A stretch of DNA of 64,000 nucleotides from Acidobacteriota bacterium (GTDB taxonomy: Bacteria > Acidobacteriota > UBA4820): assembly GCA_029559035.1 (NCBI GenBank), contig JAKQCT010000014.1, positions 11,520 to 75,519 of the forward strand, read 5' to 3'. Positions 48,800 through 58,088 of the stretch are shown here, one piece after another. A program made the translations under genes and the position numbers. Within the stretch, counting starts at the first letter, position 1. Each line of letters begins with the position of its first letter. A model generated the notes under the pieces. The model ran no database searches. It saw only the letters and a program-made list of their open reading frames with translations, and was not told the DNA's origin.

Positions 48800-49999
48800 T
48801 TATGAACCCCGCGTCCGCTCGCGTCGGGTGTAATGGTCCGCCAGAAAAAGAAGAGCGCCGGCAAGGCTTATCAAGGCGGCGAGGCACGCGGCGTTCCTGT
48901 AATCTCCGAACCTGTCGTACATGAGACCTCCCGTGACGGGCCCCGATAGGCCTCCGAGGGCATAGCCGAAGGAGACGTAAGGGTAGACCGCTCCGAGGTT
49001 TCCAACGCCGTAAATTTCCGCCGTCTCCTTCGCGAACAGGACGAAATTCCCGCCGAAGCCGAACCCTGCGAGCATCGAAAGCACGAGAAAAGAAATATCG
49101 GAGAGTTCCACCGTGCCCAGCAGGAGAATGAAAAAAGCCTGGAAAGCGAGAGCGATGAAAATTGTCAGGCTCGCTCCGATCGTGTCGCTGACGAACCCCC
49201 AGGAGACCCTTCCCGCGAAGTTTGAAATGGCGAAGACCGAGACCCCCAGTATCAGGATGTTGTCCCCGATGCCGTGTCCGGCGCCGATCGGCTTAAGACT
49301 GCCGACTATTAACAGCCCCGCGAAGGTCCCGAGGAAAAAGCCCGAAATGAGCTTGTAAAGCGGGGGGGAGCTCCATATTTCACGGGCGCTCAAATCTTTT
49401 TCACGGAAGGAGGACTCATATCCGTCAGCCTTCAGGAAGAAAGCCGATACCGCTATGGCTGTCCCGTAAACGGCGCCGACTATCAAGAAGATCTCGAGTA
49501 TACCGCGCCCCGAGCTAGTAAGCCCGTGAACGATGTAGGAAAGAGCCATTGCGGCGAGGCCGAAGCCCCCGACCGCGATTCCCGTCACGAGGCCCTTTCT
49601 CGATGGAAACAGCTTCACCGGCACGGTCAGCGCCGCGAGGTATCCGAAGCCGGTTCCCATCCCGGCGAAGATCCCGTTGCCGAGAAGGACCAGCCAGAAA
49701 TTCCCTCCCGAGAATCCCGAGAGGAGATACCCCCCGGAGAAAAGGCCCCCCGCGATCCAGGCGATCGCCCGAGAGCCGTATCTTCTTTCGACTTTACCCG
49801 CGAATATCATCGTGACGGGAAGGATCCCGATGAGCAGGCCGAAGATAGACTGGCTCTGCGCCGAAGAAAAGCCGTGCTCCCTGGAGAGTTCCGGGGCGAC
49901 CACGCTCCATGCGTAAACCCCGCCCAGGCAGAGCATTATGACGAAAGAGGCGAGTACGGCCAGGTATTTTTTCATCATTCCCTTAAAGTCGCTCCTCAA
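48800..49999 (-). CDS. MFS transporter (OFA/oxalate-formate antiporter-like)
   Basis: It has 12 predicted TM helices and MFS motif-like GKVERRYGSR after TM2. Confidence 0.75.
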   Translation of the reverse strand: MRSDFKGMMKKYLAVLASFVIMLCLGGVYAWSVVAPELSREHGFSSAQSQSIFGLLIGILPVTMIFAGKVERRYGSRAIAWIAGGLFSGGYLLSGFSGGNFWLVLLGNGIFAGMGTGFGYLAALTVPVKLFPSRKGLVTGIAVGGFGLAAMALSYIVHGLTSSGRGILEIFLIVGAVYGTAIAVSAFFLKADGYESSFREKDLSAREIWSSPPLYKLISGFFLGTFAGLLIVGSLKPIGAGHGIGDNILILGVSVFAISNFAGRVSWGFVSDTIGASLTIFIALAFQAFFILLLGTVELSDISFLVLSMLAGFGFGGNFVLFAKETAEIYGVGNLGAVYPYVSFGYALGGLSGPVTGGLMYDRFGDYRNAACLAALISLAGALLFLADHYTRRERTRGS

Positions 50000-50202
50000 G
50001 AGCGCTCATTTTACCTCAATCTCATTCAGGTCCGGAAATTTGGTGTTTTCAATGCAGGCGTGTTCTTGGGACAGGCTGAAGGCTTAAGGCTGAAGAGCTG
50101 AAGGATAATAGAGAAGATGATTTGAACGTCATTCCGAGGTTGCCTTCGAGGGTTCCGAAAACGAGGGGATCTCCCTCATCCTAAAGGCATCCTTCAGTCA
50201 AT

Positions 50203-51237
50203 TTGCTTTTTTATCCGCGAGGTCTTATCATTTCCTGTTTAGGAGAACTGATGGTAATCGGCGCCGACATTCTTAGCTTTCTCAAGGAGAACGATTCCTT
50301 TGTCATCACCACCCACATCTCTCCCGACGGCGACGGGATAGGATCGGCCCTGGCACTTTCGAGAGGGCTGAAAACGCTCGAAAAAAAAGCGATCATCGTG
50401 GATCACTCTCCGACGCCATCTAACCTGAAGTTCCTTTTGGAAGACGATTCCGAGATAATACAGCCGGCTGGGCTGCCGCGAGGTTTTAACCCGGAAGACC
50501 ATTTCGCCCTCGTAGTGGACATGGGGGCTTTCGACAGGCTGGGGTCGGTACTTCCCATCATTCAGAGATGCAAGGGGATGCTGGTGATAGATCATCACAT
50601 CGTCGACATACCTGAAGGCGTCCATTCCCTGATCGATCCCGGCGCCTGCGCGACAGGCGAAGTTATATATAAACTTTTGAAACGCATGGACTTGAGGATA
50701 ACCAGGCAGATAGCCGACCCGCTCTACGCCGCGATCGAAACCGATACGGGAGGGTTCAGGTTCGCCGGCACAAGTTCAGCGACCCACCTGCTTGCCTCTG
50801 AACTCCTGGCTGCGGGAACCGATCCTGCAAGGGTATATTCCGAGATCTACGAGAAACAGTCGGCGCTAAGGCTCAGATTGACCGGGGAAGTGCTTTCCAC
50901 GCTCTGGGTCTCACCACAGGGAAAGGTCGCCACTATAGAACTGACACAGTCCTTGTTAAAAAAGCTTAACGCGAGGATCGAGGACGGGGACGACCTGGTG
51001 AACCATCTCATGACGATAGACGGCGTAAAAGCGGGGTTCTATTTTAAAGAGCTGGGCACGGAAAAAACAAAGGTATCCTGCCGGTCTCGCAACGGCCTAA
51101 ATCTTGGAGAGTTCCTTTCGGAATGGGGCGGAGGAGGACACGCTTACGCTGCCGGGCTGCTTATCGAACAGAATATCTCGTCCTCTAAACGAATAATTGT
51201 TGATAAAGCTGTTCATATACTTGAGAATAAAACATGA
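50203..51237 (+). CDS. DHH/DHHA1 phosphoesterase (NrnA-like oligoribonuclease/pAp phosphatase)
   Basis: It has HISPDGDGIGS, LVIDHH and the DHHA1 motif GGGGHAYAAG. The start is probably the ATG at 50251 (MVIGADIL). Confidence 0.75.
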   Translation: MLFYPRGLIISCLGELMVIGADILSFLKENDSFVITTHISPDGDGIGSALALSRGLKTLEKKAIIVDHSPTPSNLKFLLEDDSEIIQPAGLPRGFNPEDHFALVVDMGAFDRLGSVLPIIQRCKGMLVIDHHIVDIPEGVHSLIDPGACATGEVIYKLLKRMDLRITRQIADPLYAAIETDTGGFRFAGTSSATHLLASELLAAGTDPARVYSEIYEKQSALRLRLTGEVLSTLWVSPQGKVATIELTQSLLKKLNARIEDGDDLVNHLMTIDGVKAGFYFKELGTEKTKVSCRSRNGLNLGEFLSEWGGGGHAYAAGLLIEQNISSSKRIIVDKAVHILENKT

Positions 51238-51857
51238 AACATCGTGTCCTTCTCCTTCTTTCAGGCTGTGGGAATCTTGACGGGAGCGATCCCTTTGAGT
51301 CCGTTTTCTGCCATTACTGGCTTGAAAAGAACGGCTGCGAAGTTATTTACGCCGCTCCTTCAGGCACTCAGCTCCACAGCGTGAACCATATTGACGGAAA
51401 GAACAGCCGCACGCAAAAAAGAGTGATCTTGCAGGAAGCGGCACGCCTTGTCCGGGGAAAACTTTTTCCCCTTAAAGAGTTATCGCCTAAATTGATGGAC
51501 GGGATAGTTATCCCCGGAGGCCAGGGGACGCCAAAGAATTATTTCTCCTTAAATAAGAATAAGATACCTGAGATAAGATCCGAGATCCGCCTTTTTTTAA
51601 AGAGACATGTTGAAAGTAGGGGAACTGTCCTGGCTATCTCGCTGTCGGAATTTGTCGTCCGGCGATCATTGCCGGATCTGATGGACGCGCCGGACCTCCT
51701 TGCTCTGAAGCCCGGCCAGTTCGTTTCGAACGAAGAATTTGGAGTTGTGCTGGCTCCAGGATCGCTTCTGACTTCCAACATAACGACTTTATTTATTGAA
51801 ACAGAACGAGTCATCAATGAATTCATAAACATAATGATGAAAAGAAAAAGCTCATAA
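51234..51857 (+). CDS. ElbB-like DJ-1/PfpI-family protein
   Basis: LLLSGCGNLDGSDPFES...APSGTQLHSVNHIDG...DGIVIPGGQGTPKN parallels the E. coli ElbB N-terminal pattern as I recall it. The gene has low GC relative to its neighbours and overlaps the nrnA-like stop as ATGA. Confidence 0.65.
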   Translation: MKHRVLLLLSGCGNLDGSDPFESVFCHYWLEKNGCEVIYAAPSGTQLHSVNHIDGKNSRTQKRVILQEAARLVRGKLFPLKELSPKLMDGIVIPGGQGTPKNYFSLNKNKIPEIRSEIRLFLKRHVESRGTVLAISLSEFVVRRSLPDLMDAPDLLALKPGQFVSNEEFGVVLAPGSLLTSNITTLFIETERVINEFINIMMKRKSS

Positions 51858-52183
51858 ATGTTACATATCTTATTGATAATAAAATAATAAATCAGGAACA
51901 TTGAAAAATGTAAGCCCTGATAATTATCGAATAAGGTAATGATCAGAAATAGTAAGTTACCATAAATCGAACAAAAACTTTAAAACAATCAGATAAAATA
52001 TTTAACGGATCGCCCAGTCAAGGTAAGAGAAAAGGACCGGGCCCGCCAGATATTCACGAAAAGAACGCTAGCCCACCACAATTATTTTAACATAAGATAT
52101 CTTATCGGACGTAATATTGCCCAAAAAAAGGGAGCCACGAAGACTCCCCGTCAAGCGCTCACGGCGCTTCCGTTTCTTCAACC
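51858..52183. other. AT-rich (roughly one-third GC) 326-bp non-coding island between convergent genes. It contains a 14-nt perfect palindrome and a repeated half-site.
   Basis: No protein-like ORF occurs on either strand. ATAAGATATCTTAT at 52092-52105 is a perfect palindrome. The related ACATATCTTATT lies at 51864-51875. CGGGCCCG and AAGCGC-TCACG-GCGCTT inverted repeats are also present. Confidence 0.6.
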
Positions 52184-52408
52184 TCAGGTGAATTTGGATT
52201 TTGATGGCGGAGCTCCGCAGCAACCTCCGCTACAGCTATGGCTTGTTCCATTGCCACCGGTTCCGACCGATCCTGGAGCCGAGATCAGCTTTTCGACTTC
52301 AGACGAATTGCACTTCGGACAATCGAACTTGTATTCTCCAAGAGGTTTCAATGTGATCCTCTCGAATTCGCAACCGCATTTAAGGCAACGGAACTCGTAT
52401 ATCGGCAT
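52184..52408 (-). CDS. FmdB-family zinc-ribbon protein
   Basis: MPIYEFRCLKCGCEFE...CPKCNS is the FmdB signature, followed by a Gly/Cys-rich tail. The protein is 74 aa. Confidence 0.8.
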   Translation of the reverse strand: MPIYEFRCLKCGCEFERITLKPLGEYKFDCPKCNSSEVEKLISAPGSVGTGGNGTSHSCSGGCCGAPPSKSKFT

Positions 52409-52422
52409 CTGCCACCCCCGGA

Positions 52423-52749
52423 CTATAAGCTGTTCTCAATCATGGACTTAAGTGTCGACTTGGGTACAGCGCCAACTTGCTGACCGACGATCTGCCCTCC
52501 CTTTACGACAAGGAGCGTCGGAATCGACATGATCCCGAAACGCGACGCTGTGTTCGGGCTTTCATCGATGTTGACCTTTGCGAACTTGACTTTCCCCTTC
52601 ATCTCACCTGCCAGCTCATCCACGACGGGGGCGACCATCCTGCACGGGCCGCACCAGGGGGCCCAGAAATCAAGGAACACCGGCAGGGACGAGTTGGTTA
52701 CTTCGCTGTCAAAATTTGAGTCGTTGACTTCGATGACGAATTCGGACAT
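52423..52749 (-). CDS. trxA: Thioredoxin
   Basis: It has the WAPWCGPCR active site, plus [25 protein letters not shown]. The protein is 108 aa. Confidence 0.92.
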   Translation of the reverse strand: MSEFVIEVNDSNFDSEVTNSSLPVFLDFWAPWCGPCRMVAPVVDELAGEMKGKVKFAKVNIDESPNTASRFGIMSIPTLLVVKGGQIVGQQVGAVPKSTLKSMIENSL

Positions 52750-52896
52750 TTCATTTCCTCACTTTCTCTTCAGGGCCGGACCCGGCCCCGCATCTGTCAG
52801 CCATTCAGGTAGGGACCCCGAGCCTGGGCAGGAGGTACCTGTTAAGCAGGAACCAAACGGCAAATACTCCAATCATTAATAATATCTCTTTCATCT

Positions 52897-53094
52897 TCAA
52901 TCCTTTACGCCTACCTGTTTCAAAACCGCGATCATCGGGCACCAGTTGGAAAACGCAGATTGGAACAGATTCAACCCGACGAAAGCCGTTATGAAATAAA
53001 AGCCGGGATGAACGAAGTGTCCCATAACGAATCCAAACAATATCAAAGCTCCCGCTATTCCCCTGAGGATCCTGTTGACCATAATCTCCTCCAT
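52897..53094 (-). CDS. DUF2892-family small membrane protein (YgaP-like TM domain)
   Basis: The protein is 65 aa. It has RILRGIAGALILFGF...WCPMIAVL and a two-helix hairpin with a conserved C-P motif. Confidence 0.55.
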   Translation of the reverse strand: MEEIMVNRILRGIAGALILFGFVMGHFVHPGFYFITAFVGLNLFQSAFSNWCPMIAVLKQVGVKD

Positions 53095-53134
53095 AAAAAC
53101 TTAAGGATGCGGCAATCCTTAAAAAGTAACAATC

Positions 53135-54364
53135 TTACAGCTTTTCGATTATCCATTCAACGGTCCTGTCGATGCCGCCACTTACATTATTCATGTATTT
53201 CAAGTTATTATATCCCATAACCTGACGCTTGGATTCATCTTTGAAAAGCGCTATGATCGTAGGGGCTATTTCTTCCGGATTGGATATTTGAGCGGCCCCG
53301 CCGTGATCAAGGAGAGCTTTTGATTCGTCGGCAAAATTTTCCATGTGGGGCCCGAAGATTACCGGCATCCCCCACCCTGCCGGTTCTAGCGGGTTCTGCC
53401 CGCCAAGTTGAAGGATCGATCCTCCCATGAAGGCGACCTTTGCAAGTCCATACGTTTCATGAAGTTCGCCGTAGCTGTCCAAAATAAGAACGTCCCAATC
53501 TCTTCCGGGAAGCTCGCTTCTGAGCTTCGGGTTCAACCCCCGTGACCAGCATCCTTCAAGAATTTTCCCCACCCTTTCCAGGTGCCTCGGAGCGATTATT
53601 AACCTCGATGAACCGATCTCGTTTTTAACTGCCACGTGAGCATCGAGAAGAATCTCCTCCTCTCCCTCTCTTATGCTTCCTCCTATCCACAAACTCCCGC
53701 TGTCCGGGGGCATGAATTCGGAAAGAGTGCTGACATCGCTGACTTTTTTGTTTTCCTTGGGCGCGGCGATATCGAATTTCAGATTCGAGGATACTTCAAC
53801 TCTATCCTTTTGGATTCCCAGAGAGCGGAACCTGTCCGCGTATTCTTCGGACGAGGCAGAGATCCATGACGAGGCAAGTGAATTCTTAAAGAAGTTCCTG
53901 AATAGCAGGTATTTGGATAGTTTTTTCGTGGAAATCCTTCCATTCACGATGAATGTGGGAATCTCTTTCTTACTGAGCGCTCTCAGCAGCGAAGGCCAGA
54001 TCTCGGTTTCAAGAAAAATTACCGCTTTCGGCCGGACCCTCCTAACGGCAAGAATTTGATACAATATCGAATCAATAGGAAAAGCTGAAAACGGGAACTT
54101 CTCTTTTTCAAGTTGTTCAAGCCCCGCCCTGGTTGCTGAGGTTAGGAACGCAGTATATCCGTTATTTATGAGCTTATAAGCAAGTCTTATCGCAAGTTTT
54201 ACTTCACCTAAAGAGACCCCGTGTATCCAGATAGGCTTGTTGTCTCTTTTCGGTAACATTCCAACTCTTTCTCTAATCCTCGACCATCCTTTTTGACGCC
54301 TTGCGATAATGAAGAGCCAGATCGGGGTCAACAGTATTATCAAGATGTTATATAATAAATACAT
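53135..54364 (-). CDS. waaA: 3-deoxy-D-manno-octulosonic acid (Kdo) transferase
   Basis: It has an N-terminal TM helix, IWIHGVSLGEVKLAIRL and GGQNPLEPAGWGMPVIFGPHMENF, and it aligns with E. coli WaaA along its length. Its GC content is lower (about 49%) than the flanking sequence. Confidence 0.85.
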   Translation of the reverse strand: MYLLYNILIILLTPIWLFIIARRQKGWSRIRERVGMLPKRDNKPIWIHGVSLGEVKLAIRLAYKLINNGYTAFLTSATRAGLEQLEKEKFPFSAFPIDSILYQILAVRRVRPKAVIFLETEIWPSLLRALSKKEIPTFIVNGRISTKKLSKYLLFRNFFKNSLASSWISASSEEYADRFRSLGIQKDRVEVSSNLKFDIAAPKENKKVSDVSTLSEFMPPDSGSLWIGGSIREGEEEILLDAHVAVKNEIGSSRLIIAPRHLERVGKILEGCWSRGLNPKLRSELPGRDWDVLILDSYGELHETYGLAKVAFMGGSILQLGGQNPLEPAGWGMPVIFGPHMENFADESKALLDHGGAAQISNPEEIAPTIIALFKDESKRQVMGYNNLKYMNNVSGGIDRTVEWIIEKL

Positions 54365-54365
54365 T

Positions 54366-55154
54366 TCACACCTTCATCGTCCTGAAATCATCCGCCACCT
54401 TGTAGAGACCCCACAGGACGGACAGCATGCTTATGGATGTAAATATAATGATATGAGGGGCTTCCAACAGGTAATCGCACCCGTTGGTCAGGATGCCGCC
54501 TAGCGAAGGAGCGGGAGGCGGAACTCCGAGTCCCAGGAATGAGAGACCTGATTCCGCCATGATGATCGACGCCGCCCCTATCGTCGCCTGCGCACCGAGG
54601 ACGGGAAAAATGTTGGGGAGCAGATGTTTCCTGAAAATAAAAAGAAATCCCCCGCCCGAGAGGCACGCCGCCTCCATAAAGCTCTGATCTCTAAGCTGCC
54701 TTGCCATTGCCCTGGCCGTCCTCGCGTAGCCTACCCAGGATGAGATGGTCAGAGCGAGCACGAGGGAGAACTCTCCCCGCTTGAAAAACGCGAGGATGAG
54801 GATCGCCAGCAGTATCCCCGGCAGAGCCAGCAGCAGATCTATCAGCCTTGATATCGCGAGGTCCGCGACGCCGCCCTTGAACCCGGCCAGCGCCCCCAGC
54901 AACCCTCCCAGCAGGAGGGAAAGGCTGAGGGAAACTATCGTCAGCTTCAGCGACAGCCTCGAACCGAACACTATCCTGGACAACAGGTCTCTGCCCAGTT
55001 CGTCGGTTCCAAGCGGAAATCCGGAAGAAGGGCCCTCCAACCTCCTCTCCAGATGTATCTCCGAAGGATGCAACGAGAGCGCCAGCGGGCCCGCGGCGGT
55101 GAGCAGGAGCCAGGACAGTAGGAGGAGGACAGGGAACGACATCTTTTTACGCAT
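54366..55154 (-). CDS. ABC transporter permease, DppC/OppC-like
   Basis: GTDELGRDLLSRIVFGSRLSL and the BPD_transp_1 signature region are present. There are six TM helices. Confidence 0.85.
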   Translation of the reverse strand: MRKKMSFPVLLLLSWLLLTAAGPLALSLHPSEIHLERRLEGPSSGFPLGTDELGRDLLSRIVFGSRLSLKLTIVSLSLSLLLGGLLGALAGFKGGVADLAISRLIDLLLALPGILLAILILAFFKRGEFSLVLALTISSWVGYARTARAMARQLRDQSFMEAACLSGGGFLFIFRKHLLPNIFPVLGAQATIGAASIIMAESGLSFLGLGVPPPAPSLGGILTNGCDYLLEAPHIIIFTSISMLSVLWGLYKVADDFRTMKV

Positions 55155-56076
55155 CTCTGAGCCTCGGGTCCACCAATGGAGAGAGGAGGTCGGCCAAAAG
55201 GTTTCCCAGCAGGTAAATGAAGCTGAAGACGATTATCAGGGCGGTTATGAGAGTGTAGTCCCTCGAGAAGACGGATCTCGCCAGAAGGCTTCCCAACCCT
55301 GGGATGCGGAACACTTTTTCGGTTATTATCGCCCCTGTCAGCAGCGCGCCGAACTCGAGGCCCGCCACCTGCACGAAAGGGATCAGGGCGTTGGGGACCA
55401 TGTGCGCGGCGAAAGCACGAGAATCCCCAGCGCCTTTTTCCCTTGCCAGCAGGACATAGGCCTTTCTTTTTTCCTCGCATATCGAGACCCTCAGGACGCG
55501 CCCCAGGTATGCGGAAGCCGGGATGGACAATACCAGGGCCGGGAGCACGAATGACAGGGCCGTCCCGTCTCCCGAAACGGGAAAAATCGGCAAACTGACC
55601 GCGAAAAAAAGCAGGAAGACCGGCCCTGTCAGGAATGAAGGCGAAACCATCATCACTGAAGAGGCCAAGCCGAAAACCCTGTCAGGGGGCCGTCCCTCGA
55701 AATAAGCGGATGCGGCACCCGAGAACAATCCCGCAAGGATCGAGAGCAGGAGGGCGGAAAACCCCAGCGCCAGGGTGTGGGGCAGGGCTTCGAGGATCTC
55801 GGTCGATACCTTTCTCTTCGTTACTAAAGATTCTCCGAAGTCCAATTCCAAAAGCCCCGCGAGGAACGAAGCGTACTGTGCAGTAAGCGTCAGGTCGAGC
55901 TTCAGCTCCTTCCGGAGGGCCTCCCTGTCCACGAAAGTTGCGTTCTCTCCCAGAAGGATCTCCACAGGGTCCGAGGGGGCGAGTCGCGACAGGAAAAAGA
56001 CCGCGCTCGAGGCTGCGAACAGGGTGAAGATGAATTCGAGGACCTTCTTTGCGGCGCGAGAAGACATAGGTTCCAT
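55147..56076 (-). CDS. ABC transporter permease, DppB/OppB-like
   Basis: It is a typical DppB-type permease of 309 aa. It overlaps the downstream permease by 8 nt. Confidence 0.85.
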   Translation of the reverse strand: MEPMSSRAAKKVLEFIFTLFAASSAVFFLSRLAPSDPVEILLGENATFVDREALRKELKLDLTLTAQYASFLAGLLELDFGESLVTKRKVSTEILEALPHTLALGFSALLLSILAGLFSGAASAYFEGRPPDRVFGLASSVMMVSPSFLTGPVFLLFFAVSLPIFPVSGDGTALSFVLPALVLSIPASAYLGRVLRVSICEEKRKAYVLLAREKGAGDSRAFAAHMVPNALIPFVQVAGLEFGALLTGAIITEKVFRIPGLGSLLARSVFSRDYTLITALIIVFSFIYLLGNLLADLLSPLVDPRLRDA

Positions 56077-56124
56077 TTTACCTTATCGTCGAGTTGAGGT
56101 AAATTGGTCTTTTAAGGGGAGAGA

Positions 56125-56853
56125 ATGAGCCACGGACAACGATTCTTCAGGCCGGACGCCCTGGACGGGGATTCGTTCTTCCTCTCGGGGGACGAGGCAA
56201 GGCATGCGGCCAGGGTCCTTCGGATAAGAGAGGGAGACCGCGTAACTCTGATGGACGGGCGCGGATCCACGAGGGAATTCTCGGTCATCTGCGCAGGACG
56301 GGAGGGCCTCGAAATAAAGGCCGCATCGGAAGCGGTCAGGGCACCGCTTCCGGCGGTCAGGCCGCACCTTATCCTCGGCGCTCCCGACATGAAGGCGCTC
56401 GAAGAGGCTCTTCTCCACGCGGTAGAGCTGGGAATGTTCCGGATGGCCCTGGTTCAGACGGAGCGGTCTCCGTCCCCCATCCGCGCTTATGAGGCCAGGA
56501 CGGAGCGCTTCATGAAGATCGCGGCATCCGCCATAAAGCAATCGGGGAACCCTTTTCTTCCTGAGATATCCTTTCACCGCCATCTTTCGGAAGCTCTCGG
56601 GACCGCGCCGGAGAAAGGCTACGTTCTCGATCAAAAAGGAAACCGTGTCAACGCGGCACTTCTATTGACGGGAGAGATCGGACTCGCGGTGGGGCCCGAA
56701 GGGGATTTCACGGAAGGGGAAAAAAGGATGCTGGAAGAAGCCGGTTACGCGCGGCTGTCTGTCTCTTCAAATACGCTGAGGGTCGAAACGGCTGTTCTCG
56801 CGGCCCTGTCGCTGGTCACATGTCCGGGGTTTTTCTCAGGCTTCGAGGGTTGA
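56125..56853 (+). CDS. rsmE: 16S rRNA (uracil1498-N3)-methyltransferase RsmE
   Basis: It has RFFRPDALDGDSFFLSGDEARHAARVLR at the N-terminus and LAVGPEGDFTEGEKRMLEEAGYARLSVSSNTLRVETA at the C-terminus (SPOUT fold). Confidence 0.8.
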   Translation: MSHGQRFFRPDALDGDSFFLSGDEARHAARVLRIREGDRVTLMDGRGSTREFSVICAGREGLEIKAASEAVRAPLPAVRPHLILGAPDMKALEEALLHAVELGMFRMALVQTERSPSPIRAYEARTERFMKIAASAIKQSGNPFLPEISFHRHLSEALGTAPEKGYVLDQKGNRVNAALLLTGEIGLAVGPEGDFTEGEKRMLEEAGYARLSVSSNTLRVETAVLAALSLVTCPGFFSGFEG

Positions 56854-57259
56854 CGTAGACGAGGATGTTGTTGTCGTCGGGATCAAGGACCTTAAGGAAG
56901 AATCCCTTTGAAAAATTGGTATCCTCGGCCACCTGCCCTGCAAGCACCTCTCCGTCGCTGAAGTGAAGCCTGACGAAACGCCCGTCGGTCTTTTTCCTGA
57001 GGTTCTCCTCGTCAAGAAGGGCCTGGTAGGATGGGTTTCCCAAATAGTCTTTCACGAAGAAAGCGGCTTTGAGTTCCGAAACCGCGACGCACAGGGGGGA
57101 TCCGTCGGTCTTTATGGCGGAGATCGGGTCCGTGCCGTTCTCGAAGAATCCCACGAGCGCCGGGACCACGTTCCCGTCAAGGTACCTGAGTATCAGCTTC
57201 CTGTACTCCATGGCCAGCCTCTCCGGATAAATTATCATACCGGACTGAAAAAATTGCAA
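56816..57259 (-). CDS. Hypothetical protein (147 aa)
   Basis: Its composition is protein-like, but I recognise no motif. The 3' end overlaps convergent rsmE by 38 nt, so the true stop or start is uncertain. Confidence 0.35.
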   Translation of the reverse strand: MQFFQSGMIIYPERLAMEYRKLILRYLDGNVVPALVGFFENGTDPISAIKTDGSPLCVAVSELKAAFFVKDYLGNPSYQALLDEENLRKKTDGRFVRLHFSDGEVLAGQVAEDTNFSKGFFLKVLDPDDNNILVYVNPRSLRKTPDM

Positions 57260-57357
57260 GAGGCGCTCCTGCCGCTCCGGCGGATCGCCTCAAGGGGTCC
57301 CTCCGGACGGCTGCTTTATTTTTCAGCACATTTGTCGGATAATACCGCTTTGAGGTT

Positions 57358-58008
57358 TTGATGCCGGAACGAAAGCTGAAGTTCAAACACGTTGCCATCG
57401 AAGGCGCGATAGGCGTCGGGAAAAGCACGCTGGCCCGGCTTCTGGCCCAGCGGACCGACTCGAAGCTGATCGAAGAGGAAGTGAACAACCCCTTCCTCAG
57501 GGATTTTTACCAGGGGAAGAAAGGCTCCGCGTTCCAGTGCCAGCTGTACTTCCTGCTGACGCGCTACCAGCAGCAGCTTCCGCTCGTCCAGCCGACTCTT
57601 TTCGAAAGCTCCGTGATCTGCGATTACATCCTCGAGAAGGAGCTCATATTCGCCCAGCTCACTCTCGACGAAAAAGAGCTTTACCTTCACAGGAAGATAT
57701 TCCAGTTCCTCCTCGGCCCCCTGCCGGGCCCGGAGGCGATCGTGTATCTCCAGGCATCGACGGAAGTGCTGAAGAAGAGGATAAGGAAAAGAAGCAGGGA
57801 GAACGAGAAGAACATCTCCGAGGAGTACATCGAGAAGCTCAACGAATCCTACAACCACTTTTTCTTCCACTACAAGCGCACTCCTCTCCTCATCGTCAAC
57901 GTCAACGACACTGACTTCGAAAAGAACCCGGAAGAGATGGACCGCCTCGTTGCAATGATAAATTCTTTGGAGTATGGTGTAGTCCTGTACAACCCTCCTG
58001 CATCCTGA
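57358..58008 (+). CDS. Deoxynucleoside kinase (dCK/dGK family)
   Basis: It has the P-loop IEGAIGVGKSTL and LFESSVICDY. The protein is 216 aa. Confidence 0.8.
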   Translation: MMPERKLKFKHVAIEGAIGVGKSTLARLLAQRTDSKLIEEEVNNPFLRDFYQGKKGSAFQCQLYFLLTRYQQQLPLVQPTLFESSVICDYILEKELIFAQLTLDEKELYLHRKIFQFLLGPLPGPEAIVYLQASTEVLKKRIRKRSRENEKNISEEYIEKLNESYNHFFFHYKRTPLLIVNVNDTDFEKNPEEMDRLVAMINSLEYGVVLYNPPAS

Positions 58009-58088
58009 GCGAGCGGGAAGGGCTGCGATATGAAGGCGAAGATCGCTTTCCCCCGACCGCAAAGGCGGCGGGGAGAAAGGAAGGATAG

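Noticed and set aside
52773-52789. GGGCCGG-A-CCCGGCCC palindrome between the trxA start and the DUF2892 stop
   Set aside because: The loop is too short and there is no flanking U or A run. It is unlikely to be a terminator, though it could be a minor structural element.
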